A DNA stretch of 64,000 nt from Chrysomallon squamiferum (GCA_012295275.1 CM022665.1:25420001-25484000), one strand, 5' to 3'; shown: positions 1-12,519, counted from the first letter of the stretch. Translations and numbers: made by a program. Notes: generated by a model from the sequence alone, not told the origin.

Positions 1-13
1 TGGCTGTGTTTAG

Positions 14-1917
14 ATATGGGACAAGTACACTGACTGATGTTTTCTTGGATCGAGTTTTTCAGGAATGTCTGACATATGAAGGAGAAATGGTAGGATATTA
101 TTTAATATATTTCTAAATTAACTATATCAAAAATAACTATAAATATTCAAATATTCAAATACTCACATTGTTCATACATTCAGTTCTTAATCTTTTACAA
201 AACAATTTCATGCACTATAGCATCTTATTTGCAAAAAGGTCAAAATAACAATTGCTGTCATGAAGATATTCTCCAATTGTTTTTTATTTCAGGATTATAA
301 AACATACCTTGACTTCATTCTGGCCATGGAAAATCGACGAGAGCCACAGGCACTTAGATACCTGTTCAGAATTCTAGATATAGAGCACAAAGGATACTTA
401 AATGTATTTTCTCTGAACTTTTTCTTTAGAGTAAGTTTCCTTCTGTTTTTCTCTATAATATGTACTTGTGTGGAAAATTTTGCATTTAGCATCTCTCTAC
501 ATTTCAATTCAGTTATTGAGAGATGATAGTGAACACATATATATGGTAATAATAAGATTTTCTTTCTTTTGATGTTATACCACTCAAGATTAAGTCTAAC
601 ATAATTATTTTGTAATGTAAAAGTCTAAACCTCAGCTGTCATCCAAGCATGTCATTAGGATAACAACACTCCAACATTTTGTTTTTATAACTGACACTCA
701 GATAATTGTTAATTTGGCTTGATATTGTTGATATTTTTGGGGGGAGAAATAGAGATGGATTTTTTTGGGGGGTGTTTTTCTTTTCTTTTTCTTTCTTTTT
801 AAAAAAAATAAAAAATAACTTCCTATTTTCTTTTAATGTAATACTTCTAGGCAATCCAAGAACAGATGAAGCTACATGGGCAAGAACCAGTATCTTTTCA
901 AGATGTCAAGGATGAAATATTTGACATGGTGAAACCAGAAGACCCATTTAAGTTGACACTGCAAGATTTAATTAATAGGTATGTAGAGATTCTGAAAACA
1001 AACCGGTTGAAATTGAAAACATTTTTTTTCATCCTTTATTTTATTGAACTAATTACTGCCATCCAAAATCATATCTGTAAAATTTCTTTTGAGAAATATT
1101 CATTTTTATTTCCTTTCACTGTGGAATCCATTCAATCCATTCATGAATAGAAATTTAAATGTTAAAATTTAGTCAGGATTATAATATTCACTTCAGCATT
1201 TAAAGGTCTGACAGTGGTTCCTATCTTTAGCAGCCCCAGGATGAGTGGCCACCTATGACATATGGACACTTTTCCGATTGTTTTTCAGTAGATATGACCC
1301 TTAGATTAGCAGAACCTGCCAAACACAGACAGCATATTTTTATTATTCCACTGCTAAAGTGGACAGTCATACTGATTTAGATTAGTTTTCTCCAAATTAA
1401 ATAATTTCATTGTGATTATGGCAGCCTTATACACTATTTTTAAAGATGGTGTCACCCATTTCCTGCACTGCACAATGCATGCAGGGATTGTTGTTTTTGC
1501 AGAATCACAAGTGCCAGCAAATGGCCAGAATCACAAGAGACAGTACTTAATGTGTGACTTCAATCCATAACTTTGATAATTCAATCATTTCATCATCATT
1601 CCATGCATATTTATGTTTTATAAACACAGTATCTTAGTGGAATTTTGACACCTGCAATGTAGGGACATTTTTGCTTGGCCTCACACATGTCCATACAAAA
1701 CTGGTATCACTGTATTTTTAATATTTCCTTTAGTTTATATTAAATGTTTCTATGCTAACTTAAAGCAGACAGTGATATTTTTTCTATATATTACTATTCT
1801 AATTTCAGTGGAAAAGGAGATACAGTTGTCAGTATTCTTATAGATCTGAATGACTTTTGGACATATGAAAACAGAGAGTATCTAGCTCCAGAAGTAACTG
1901 ATGAGGCAGAAATCTGA
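14..1917 (+). CDS. PPP2R3C: PP2A regulatory subunit B'' gamma (G5PR), last four coding exons; 5' part lies upstream of the window
   Basis: Exons 14-89, 293-430, 851-978 and 1809-1917 have AG/GT boundaries and join in frame: YGTSTLTDVFLDRVFQECLTYEGEM-DYKTYLDFILAMENRREPQALRYLFRILD...-AIQEQMKLHGQEPVSFQDVKDEIFDMVKP...-SGKGDTVVSILIDLNDFWTYENRE...EAEI*. This matches the vertebrate PPP2R3C C-terminus. Confidence 0.96.
1212..1712. mobile_element. Degraded Tc1/mariner-type MITE in the last PPP2R3C intron
   Basis: Left end CAGTGGTTCC and right end GGTATCACTG followed by TA form imperfect inverted termini. Internal GTGGCCACCT...GGACACTTT and AGGGACATTTTTGCTTGGCC motifs resemble invertebrate CAGTG-ended MITEs. 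Confidence 0.4.
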
Positions 1918-4387
1918 AAATAGGAAAAGATTGGTTTTAAATTCAATTTAACACCTATAACAATGAACATAATATTTTAAAACTTACATTATTACATGAA
2001 AACTACATAAAACAATCTTGGAGAGTATAAACAATATTTAGGATAAATAAGTTTTTTTACACAGCTGAGATTTATTTTTGATGTATTTTATATTAAAAGC
2101 TCAGAGGAGAAATTGTGCAATTGCATTTAGTTTAAAAGCATGAATGTTAAAGACTGTTATAGCCAAAGACTGTGGTCACAAAATAACTGAAGAATATTCC
2201 TCTCACTTAGTCTCTGTCTGTCTCTCTGTGATGCTAAATATGAATCTGTAAGTAAATTTAATGCATATATAGTGTGGTTGATCTGCTTCAGAATTCATTA
2301 CTGCAATTTGTTTTATAAAGATTTTTTTTTCACTTAAACATTAGTTTTATATTTGTGTCAGAATTACTAAATTTAATTTCTTACCAGTGTTGATGGAACA
2401 TCCATTCCTGTTATATTCACAGCCTGACTGAAAGTTTGTCTACATGAATTTTCTTTTTTCTTTTTTTGACCAAAACAAAAACAGTAAAAAAAAAAAAAAA
2501 AACATTAAAAAACAATTATCTCATTCCACTTTATCAGGTATTTAATATACTGCAATATGTTTATTTTTGACACATAAAAACCCCTATGGGGTGTTGTAAA
2601 ACAAATGTGATAAAATATCTGTGATGTTTTTAATAATAGATGTTTTATTATTTTGATATGCAATGGCAAGTCATCATCATACATAGTGTTTTGCAAATAT
2701 TTGTCATTGCTCACTGCCACTGTATGCAAATCAAAAACGAGTTTACCTTTGCATTGTGTGTATGTACCATTTGAAATAAAAAGCAATTTAACATAGTTTT
2801 ATTAGAAGAGATTTTTAATTTAACTGTTGTGTCAGAACACTTCATCTTATAATAAATAACCTTTCTTTTTATATATATATATATTTTTTATACTAATCCT
2901 ATTAACAGTATTCAGCTATATGTTTTCCACTATAAGGTGTATTGTCCAGAAATGAGGTTCAGCAGTTACACCTAAAGATATAAAAATCATAAGAGACGCA
3001 ACAAATAAAAAAAAATGTTTTATATAATGCTTCTTTGAAATATTTAAGTAAGCTATGCTATTTACCAGTTGTTTCTGATTTCTTGGTATAAAATACATTC
3101 ATTCCATGTTCCCAAATATAGCTTTCCATCCTGTGTACGTGAACATGTCAATTTAAATGGTTTAAAATTTATGTACAGGTACAATCATTTAATTTTTACA
3201 GCAAGCTTGGGATCAGATGTTACCTGGATTTCTGGATTTCCCAGTCTTAATAAACATTTAAAATTCTAAGTAAACTGTAAAAAGTAAAGAATGATATTGT
3301 ATTTAATATACATATTAACACACCTCAAAAGTTGATCTCCTGGAAGCCAGATATATGGTTGGGTATATATGTCTAATAATACATGCTTTATTGATATCTG
3401 TTAAAATGAATGAATTGCTGTTTATTACTGGTTTTTATATGGAAACACTGGCAGTATTATGTAGCATGGAAAACATTTAAATTATATGTCAGTGATTTTA
3501 AAGACTCTGGCAGGTATATGTGTGCATCAGGTATCACATTTCATTTTCATTGATATAATAAAATTTTCATTTGATAACTGTATATTCATTGAACATTGAT
3601 ATATAGTCACAACTAATGGATTTCTTTTTTTTATATAAATGTAACTTACTTTTATGGAACTATTCTTTAATGAAAGGTTATTTATTAGTAATAAAATGTA
3701 TTAGTTTTAATAGTTTATTTTGTTCTGAATTGTATATATGTTGGTTTTTTTTTTTTCCATCTCCATGAGATGTATTAAATAGTTTCTCTTTACACACTCT
3801 AAACATCAAAAGTATTTCAGTATGCAGTTATCTGCAACCAGTACAATATTTTCTCATTCCAACAGAATGGAAGAACAGATCTGAACATAGTCTTGATGAA
3901 GATTTATTTTCATTGTTTTCTATCAAATTCTTATTAACTGTTTGAAGCACAAATATATCTAAATTAAACAGAAACAAATTTAATATTTGCATTCAAAATG
4001 TGTGTGTTATAAAATATACATCTATGACACTTGATAAATTGATACTGTATTTCATTCAAATAAATACAGGTTTTGGTGATCACTGTAAAATTGTTATATT
4101 ATGCATTAACTATTAGTAGCTCACTAAATGAAAATATCCATACATTATATGTAAATCAGCTTACACTGCCAAATATATATTAGGAAATAAACATTTGTTT
4201 TGTAAACGAGATTTAACATAGTTAACACTTTATGCAAGATCATTTTCTATTTAAGAAATATAAAACTTATTTAAGCAACAGATTTCATTGAAATTGTAGC
4301 AGCTGTTTTCTCATATTACAGTTAATAATGCAAATTACAGTGTTGCAGCACAGACCTGGGAGCTACGCGATTTTGGTTTTATTTTTA

Positions 4388-4420
<33 letters not shown>

Positions 4421-5343
4421 GAAAAAAAAAAGAAGCAAAACAACAAACAGTAACATAAATTGCTGCTAGCTTCTGTAATGGTGCTGTTGATACAGGAGCA
4501 TTATATGATGCTGTACGTAAATCTGCAATAAATCTATGAAATGAACCGATTTAATAACTATGTATGCATCAAACTGGCATACAAAAGCAATCGGTAACAA
4601 CGACACGGTTTTGAAATGCATGTAGTTATATGCTATTGTATACTAAAGGCTAATAGTAATAGTACTACATATTTTCCATCTAAAAGGTTAATAACTATAT
4701 CATTATACAAAACCGTCCGGGAGGCAAACGCCATATCTGTGCTTGCCCTCGTTTTCAAGGTTAATGATTTGTTGGGTGGGGTGTTTTTTTTTGTTTTTTT
4801 TTTAACTAATGTTTAGGGTATATATTTTCTGAAACTGCCGGGTAACAGTTTATCACCATTGAGCAATTTGTGGTAGAGGCTAAATTCAACATGGCCGCCA
4901 CCGAATCGGTGAAAATGTTTTCTTGGTGTCTTTGTAACTAGATAAGATAATGGCATGAATCACAGGTCTTTTCATACGTTTACAGGCTATGATTTTCCTA
5001 ATAAAGCTCAAAAGAAAATCAAGACGGCCACCTAATTTTATTCGTTGCAAAAAATACATATTCTCGAGAAGCGATAACCAGCATTGCATTTTAAATGTCA
5101 TCTACTTAGAATATGTGAATTATAGTCTTGTCATTTCTGGTGTTTTTTTCATGTAGTTGCATTTAATGATATGGGTTTTGATATTTTTTGCATTCGCATG
5201 TTGACCTTTAGCTTTTCGGTTTAATATACATTCAACATTCGAATAACTCACAACCGATTTAAATGTGCCTTTAATTATTAACAAACAGTCAAACGATGCG
5301 TCTTAAGTCTTAACTTCAGTAGCAAGTTGGAGTACATCCTCAA

Positions 5344-5815
5344 ATGAAAAGGTCGATTTTGATGGAGGTAACATCTAGAACATTTATAAAGAGGAAATTC
5401 GGGTTACGATCTCCGGGGCAAAAAATGACAGACACACAAGCTGGAAAAGAGCAGGCAACGTCATTTATGGCTGCTTCATTTAAATGCACGAAAACAAGCA
5501 AAGGGTACACATCAACACCAACGTTATGCTCTCTGCCATCAGACCTCTATAGGAGAGACGCGAATCCACCAGAATTGGACGTTGAGAAATATGGATGGTG
5601 GAAAGATGAAGCCAACAAATCATTTGTGCTTACGACAATCCCGGATACAGATGCGGCTTGTTAGATATGAATGCATAAGGGACATTATTTTTCGTTCATC
5701 CATATCTGGTTTCAGGAGTGCTAATCTGTCTGACACTATATTCTGTGCTTGCCAAATCCAATTCCAAATCATCCCAAATAGATCTTACGTACATATATGT
5801 TTGGTGATTGAATAA
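5344..5815 (+). pseudogene. Frameshifted transposase C-terminal fragment (Academ-like, Cys-rich tail)
   Basis: Two overlapping ORF-track frames give ...PPELDVEKYGWWKDEANKS... then ...LVRYEC...SANLSDTIFCAC. Several expected Cys codons appear mutated. Confidence 0.55.
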
Positions 5816-6085
5816 TCAAGTTGTTTCTTACTTGATTTGACCAAAAACACTCATAGATTTATATATTGTTGAAATAAATAACAGTACACATCAATAATTA
5901 ATTATTTATTATTTACGTAGTTATTAGCCAATACCTTACATGATAATATATATATATATATATAGTGTATTAAAATACCTATAGGGTGTTGTTTAATGTT
6001 TTTTTAAAACCGTACCTCCATCCTGTTATGGTGCCAAGTTGATTTCTTTGCTTTATTGGGGAAATTATAGCTGCATTAGAGTATA

Positions 6086-7405
6086 GGGTAAGGTGGGGTA
6101 ATTCTGGCCTCCTTTTCCATTCAACCTCACCTACAGTTTCACAGATAAAAGGAAACAAAAAATGGAGTGAATAATGTGTAGTATATCTATTTCTGCTTCA
6201 AAATACACAAACACTATATGCATGGTGCTTACACTTTTGAAATGGGAACCAAGTTAAAAATTGATGTCAGGAGCCAGATTTGCCCCGATTATTTGGGGTA
6301 AATCTGGCCCCCACATTCACGATGTATTTTGGTCCTCAAATTTTTACTGATTATTACTATGTAATCATTGTTTACTACTAACAATAATTAGTTCTAATCA
6401 TAATACAAGTCAGATTGAAAACTTCAATAAACTAAACTTGACAAATATGGCGCAAGAATACAATATCTTTCAAGTCCGCACCAGCTCGGATTTCGCAAGG
6501 ATCAACACACTACCAATTTGGGCACCCGTCACATCCTATGAACTCGTCAGAATTCATTCCATCATCAACTCTGAACAGAGTTCACATTTTTCTTGTGTAT
6601 CTACTACATCTCTGTCTTCTAGTTCAGACTCGTCACCGTCAACGTTTTCTTTGACTGCATTCACCGGTTCTGCTGTAGCATTCAAATTGAACTGCTGTTT
6701 TCACTTTGGTATCTTCTACTGTTGTTTTTTTTTTTTTTTTTTTTTTTTTTTTGATGTTTTGCCTCTCTCGCCTTTGATTTCTTTGTCTTTTCTTCCTCGT
6801 CCTTCGTCTTCTCTGCCAACTCTTCTTCATACCTCTTGACACTTTCTTCTTCTGTCAATGCCTCGGCATACCTCATCCTCTTGATTTGATTTGAAGTTTG
6901 ACAGCGTGCCCCACCAGATGGACCGTGGACTTTCAGTTGTTTGAAAAAACTTAAATAAAACTCAGAATGGACTATATCAATGCCAAAATTATTGATTTCA
7001 CCACCAAATACGGGGGCCAGAATTGACCCCAAGTGGTGGAGTAAAATAAAACACATATTTCTTGACTAATTACCACATATTAATCAAGTTTATTCTGCTG
7101 AACTTAATATATGATTATATGTTTATCTGTTATAACTTATCACTAACCTTATGTATATAGGACTAAAAAAATAACACTCACTTTTGAAACCTCAAAACGC
7201 ACTTTTTTTTACAATCTTGTTGTTTTCATTACTTTCATGGCCACTGTACTTCACATGTAAATGGCTGATTACCTACATCCTTTGTTCTAATGAGAGATAG
7301 TAAGGTTCTATTTATATCAACAAAGTTCCTGAAATCAAGGCAGAGCAGTATAGTAGCTGCAAGTCATAATATACCTCGGGGGCCAGAATTACCCCCACCT
7401 CACCC
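6086..7405 (-). mobile_element. Internally deleted pogo/Tc1-mariner-like DNA transposon nested in the Academ-like element
   Basis: TIRs GGGTAAGGTGGGGTAATTCTGGCC (6086) and GGCCAGAATTACCCCCACCTCACCC (ends 7405) are flanked by TATA on both sides. Internal copies of the TIR core lie at about 6270-6310 and 7012-7030. The minus strand encodes a Lys/Glu-rich helix and a degenerate PHD finger. Confidence 0.75.
6432..6900 (-). pseudogene. Transposase C-terminal relic with degenerate PHD finger
   Basis: Minus-strand translation ALTEEESVKRYEEELAEK... then, across frameshifts, CELCS..DDGMNSDEFIGCDGCPNW*CVDPCEIRAGADLKDIVFLRHICQV*. Confidence 0.6.
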
Positions 7406-8795
7406 TATATGCCTGAACACATATAAAATGATTTTTTTATTCATGTTTCTGTCTGATTAGATATGAAGGAAATTAATCATCTATCATCCTGTGGCGGCCA
7501 TCATGGATTTAGCTTTCTAGCACAAATTACTCAAAGGTATCACGATATCACCCGCAGTTTCTGAATATTCTGAATATGTATGCCCTAAACATCAATAAAT
7601 AGCAATAAAAAAAAAAAAAAAAAAAAAAAAAGACTTTTGTCTCAAAAACGAGGCTTCATGGTTCTTCTGCTAAACTAAAAGAGACTGCGTGCACCGTTTA
7701 GGTACAGTCCAGTATTCCCCACCAAATTTTTTTTAATAATTTTGAACCTTCAGGTGTTTGGAAATTGCATCAAATCACAACATATTTTCTGTTGTAACGA
7801 AGTATAGTAATTAACCTAAATGTAAATTTCAAAAACTCATAAGCGACAATATTTTTATAGTTGTAAATTTAGGGGATAAAATAATAATAAAAGCTGTATC
7901 GGTTCAATATATAAAAATTGTTAATTGAAAAAAAAAATAATAATAATAAATAAAACATCACATGTTTTCATGGTTTTTATCTATGAAGCAATAAGGTTAT
8001 GAAAATGAATACAGACTATAATTCATTAACATCTGACTTACAGTCACTGTATTTTGGCATCTGAAAGGAAAGATTAATGCCTAAAACATTGTGAATGCAT
8101 CCCACCATCGTATGACATCTGGAGAAATTACAGAACTGTACATTTTACTTGGTTATTAAAGGTAAACAAGAATATCTCTGACCCATAAACAAGTTGTGTA
8201 GATCAAAATGTTTCAGTTTTGAAAAACCAAAGTTTATGTTATTGATAAAATTAAATATCAAGAAACTGTTTCCGACTTCTCTAAGTTGGAACAAATATTA
8301 TTTTTAATTTATTTTATTTTATTTTTTAAGAACATGTATTCAAATAAATGTCTTAATGACTCGTCTTCAGATAATTAACATAATGTGTGTTAAATACTTA
8401 GGGCTGTATTGATCTGAAAGATAATAACAGAATGCTAAAATTTATATTTTATTTATAAATAAGATCTGTCGTGAATATGCATTTCTTTTCCTTTTTATAT
8501 TCATAAAAACAAGTCAGTCTTACGCTAATCATCCGCAGACAATAATTTAATCGAATGCAAAAATAGTTCAGTGGCTAATTGATGCAATAACTGCAAATAA
8601 TAAAACCTTTTTTTTTTTTTTTTTTTATTGTTTATTTTTTTTTTTTTTCTTAATAAATATTTCTTTTAGCAATGATAAATTTAAATATTAAGCATTAGTC
8701 CTATAAACCAGTTTGTCTTGACCAATACAGGTGTTTTTTTTTCTGAAATATTGGGTGCATCCCCAAATATATCAGTAAAAGAGACTAATAATAGT

Positions 8796-9002
8796 TTATT
8801 TCTGTCCATAGGTAGCTCTAGCAACATCAGTAGGACTGACAGTATATCCCAGTATCCAAGCTCCAGATATGGCGTAAACATTAAATCCACGTTTCAGCCA
8901 TTTCCAGTTTGTATGCAACACACGCCATAATCGTTTTCGAAACTGAAATAAATAAATAAATTATAAAACAAATAAGAATATCGTTTAGACGACAGCAACA
9001 TA

Positions 9003-9040
<38 letters not shown>

Positions 9041-9383
9041 ATTATTTCAAGTTAATTTACTGCATAGGTTAAAGTAGCTCTGATTTTTTTAATGCATTAA
9101 TTTAAAATCATTTAGAGTAGTAAAATTAATATATACAGAAAATAAAATACTAGATTATCGACAGAAACAGATAAACAATGTTATGTTTCTTAAAAGGAAG
9201 AACAAATGTCAGTTTAACAGTATTTATTTAACTACAAGTTATTCTAAAGCAGTATTAAAAGAAAACGTGAATATACACTGTATATCATAGAAAGAAACGC
9301 GTAGCTCAAAATATTTTAACTGCAACACTGTTGTCATCGTCAACGACAAGAACAATAATAACAACACCGTAAATAATAATGGG

Positions 9384-9422
<39 letters not shown>

Positions 9423-9664
9423 TATTCTGTTATTACCTTTTTAGATTTCCTTAGATTTTTTTTTTGTTCAGAAAAATGATCATCTGAAGTACTCTCTCTA
9501 CATCGTCTGCTTTCGTTTGCGTATACACTGCTGGTGATTTTCATATTGGTTTCACCTGATATTAAAGGTTCGTTTTCAGAACAGCAAACTATCGAGTTTA
9601 TTTCATTCTGCTCGTCCAGAGTTTCTGTTTCTTGTTCTCTGCTGTATTTGTCCAGTAATTTCAT
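8796..9664 (-). CDS. Candidate two-exon 124-aa protein, weakly C1orf115/RDD1-like
   Basis: Exon 9664-9437 (MKLLDKY...SENEPLIS...KKNLRKSKK) ends at AAG|GTAATA. Exon 8942-8796 follows a TTTATTTCAG acceptor in phase 0 and reads FRKRLWRVLHTNWKWLKRGFNVYAISGAWILGYTVSPTDVARATYGQK*. Both exons are GC-elevated relative to their flanks. Confidence 0.6.
9003..9038. repeat. (TAA)n microsatellite
   Basis: Visible perfect run of about 11 units. Confidence 0.85.
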
Positions 9665-9849
9665 ACTGAATGTTCCCTGTTTTTGATGACAAGTTTAGTT
9701 ACATTACGACGGAAACTGTATCTAAGTATAGGAATTTTTAGCTTATTCAACCGAGGCCTTTTTTTTTTCTTTTTTTTTTTTTTTTTTAATCTAACCACCC
9801 GTTACCTCAGTATTACATGGTAGTGTTTAAAACGAAGTTATATTATTAT

Positions 9850-10020
9850 TATTCGCCGCAAATAACACGTGTGCCAGCGAATCTATTAATGATATACATT
9901 TACTATTCACGTCATACCTCAACGGAGATTATTCTGCCAAAACTTGTCAGTAGGTGAAAATAACTAGTCTGCTTCGTTAATAGGTATAACTTCTACACAG
10001 GAAAACATCACGTGACAGGT
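9850..10020 (-). promoter_or_regulatory. Putative promoter of the small minus-strand gene with an E-box/CRE cluster
   Basis: CACGTG at 9866-9871, TCACGTCA at 9907-9914 and ATCACGTGAC at 10007-10016, with local CpG retention 200-350 bp upstream of the ATG. Confidence 0.4.
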
Positions 10021-11999
10021 TAAAATTGTCACCGAATGGGGTCAAACATTGGTTTTTATCAGTTTAAAGTAGTACACTAAAGTTTTGTGGTGTTTAATAC
10101 ATATGTATTATCTACGTTGGTGTGTGTGCGTGGGTGTGTGTGTGTTTTGCTGGTATATATGTTTCACTCTGTATGTCAATCTGTGCATTTAATGTACATA
10201 TAATGAATGAGCATAAAATAATGTTATAACGAGACAGAGACGAATACATGGATATATGTTTTTGTGCAGATATTAACTGTATTAAGGCATGCAAGAGAAA
10301 GAAAATTAAAGCTGAGTACTTTAAATAATTACATGTAATAACTGACTTGCAAAATAATAATAATAACAACAACAATAGTAATAGAGAATGTATTAATGTT
10401 GATGACTAAATTTAAAATACATTTAACTTTGTATAATGGCATAACTTTATTGCACTTGCACAAATTAAAAAAAAAGAAACACAATTAACGTATGTTTCAT
10501 GTTCGATGCCAGCTGCTTCGTACTGGTGTCGTTTCGGTATCGGTTAAATGAAATTCGACATCAATAAACATTATGAAACAACTGTTATCGGACACAAAAC
10601 GCAATTTAATGAATTCATTAAAATGAAACTGTACTGCGTCTTTACTGCTGTGTATTGCAATAGCATCTGACCGCAAAGTCAAGGTGACTCATTTCGGAAG
10701 CGAAACAAATTGTTACATGGACCGAAATGCATTTTGTGTCTCTGTCGACGTCGGCTCTGGTGTTGATGTCGAAATGTGTTAATGGATTTAGTTAGAAGTG
10801 TTGATTTGTTGAGTATCACTATAATGTAATGAGGGCCTACGTTGTGGATTTTCTAAAAAAAAAAAAAAACGCACCAAAAAAATTAAACGCAGTGTATATG
10901 TTATATACATAACACATGCATTTGTACACGATAAATAAAATTTAAATAAATAAAGAGGCCCCAAAAAGAAGGACGGAGGACAGAACGCTAAATTTTTACT
11001 TAAAATATAAAGTAATAAACAATGAAAAATAAAGAATAAAGCTGTATTTAACAAATACAAATTAATACGCTTCTTAAGTAGGGATTGTTTTATGTTTATT
11101 AATCCATTTAAAATTCTTGCAATACCTGAATATAATACACTGGGGCAAATTAGGCTCCTTGATAATACAACTTAGAAAAACATGCTTAAACCTTTAATGA
11201 ATGTTTGATTACATATGTTTTCTTATAGTTTGATATGATAATGAATGAAAATGAGAGTAAACTGAAACAAATAATAACTCACTGTGAGAAGTACTTATTA
11301 CTGGCGGAAACTTAAACAAACTAGCCAGTTTTTAAAATAATAATAATAATAATAATAACTTGTTTTCCGGATTTTTCCGATTTCTGGAAGCATATAAATG
11401 GTTCATTACCTGTAGTCGTTAAAAAAAAAAAAAAAAAATATGGATTGCCTCCAACGGCTCTCATATCATTATTAAAATATGTCAACAGAAATCGATTTTT
11501 AAAACCTAAACTTTGGTATGATAATTCAATCTTACAGCCTGTTAATACACACGATCTTTGAAAAATAATTCAACAGAACATAAAGGAGTAAATGATTACG
11601 AATTTATATAAACGAAGTAGATGACTGAGTTAAAACAATATATATTTGGGGTGGGTTATGGGCTTCTTTTTTCTTTCTTTTTATTATTATTATTTTTTTT
11701 TTTAAAGAAAGAAAGAAAAACAAACAACCTAGTATAGAAAATACTAATAGAACGCTAGTAACTGATAATATAATCAGTTATAAAATTTTAAATGAATACT
11801 GTATGAAATAACTAACTATATGCGACTGGTTCGAAGATTATGTATGACAAAATGTTCAGCGTGTGATGACGGTGTCTTAGTAGAATATGCTTTCAAATGT
11901 TGGTTACAATTGATGGTATGAGCCATATATATCTTATATATATATACTCTAGGTTATTGGGGTTTTTTTTAATTTTTATTTATTTATTTATATTTAGTG

Positions 12000-12000
<1 letters not shown>

Positions 12001-12068
<68 letters not shown>

Positions 12069-12070
12069 TT
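12001..12070. repeat. (ATT)n/(TTTA)n compound microsatellite
   Basis: Directly visible tandem runs. Confidence 0.85.
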
Positions 12071-12299
12071 TTTTATAGATTTGGGTCACTGAAACCAGGT
12101 TTTGATATATATAATATATGTTTAACCTCATCGCCGCATCATTTTATATTAGTCAAAGTTACCCCGTAAAAAAAAAAAAAAAAAAAAAAATTGAAATAAA
12201 AAATAATAATAATAAAAAAAAATATTCTTACAATAATTTAGAAAATAATATAGACATAAAAAAAAAAAAAAAAAAAAAAAAAACAAATATCAAACCAAA

Positions 12300-12519
12300 A
12301 CTAGTTTATGTGATGTCGATTCGCTCCAGTTCGGAAAATAGCGACAAAAGCCGACTTTTGTCGAACAAGCAGCCATTTATGTCATGTATAGTGGGTTCAT
12401 GAATACGGAAGGATCAAGTTATTATGTACTTAGTCGAAGAATCGGCATAAATTGTGAATTTGTGAACTAATGACCTAACCTAAGCGTTTACTGATTTTTA
12501 TAAACATTTAGTCAGAATT
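12300..12519 (+). promoter_or_regulatory. CpG-rich DCAF5 promoter/5' UTR
   Basis: Dense CpGs in an otherwise CpG-poor window, an ETS-like CGGAAG near 12406 and GCCATTT near 12372, immediately upstream of the ATG at 12520. Confidence 0.5.

Larger units (their letters stand above)
4746..7677 (+). mobile_element. Decayed Academ-like DNA transposon with long imperfect TIRs and a transposase C-terminal relic
   Basis: 4809-4901 (ATGTTTAGGG...GAAACTGC...GAGCAATTTGTG...GCTAAATTC...ATGGCCGCCAC) is the inverted match of 7491-7592, and CCTCGTTTT (4747) matches AAAACGAGG (7645). The right end terminates ...TTCTGCTAAACTA. Broken ORFs at 5344-5815 contain TLCSLP, DANPPELDVEKYGWWKDEANKSFV and MRLVRYEC...RSANLSDTIFCAC, like the LPPT...YGW...Cys-rich tail of Academ transposases. 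Confidence 0.65.
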
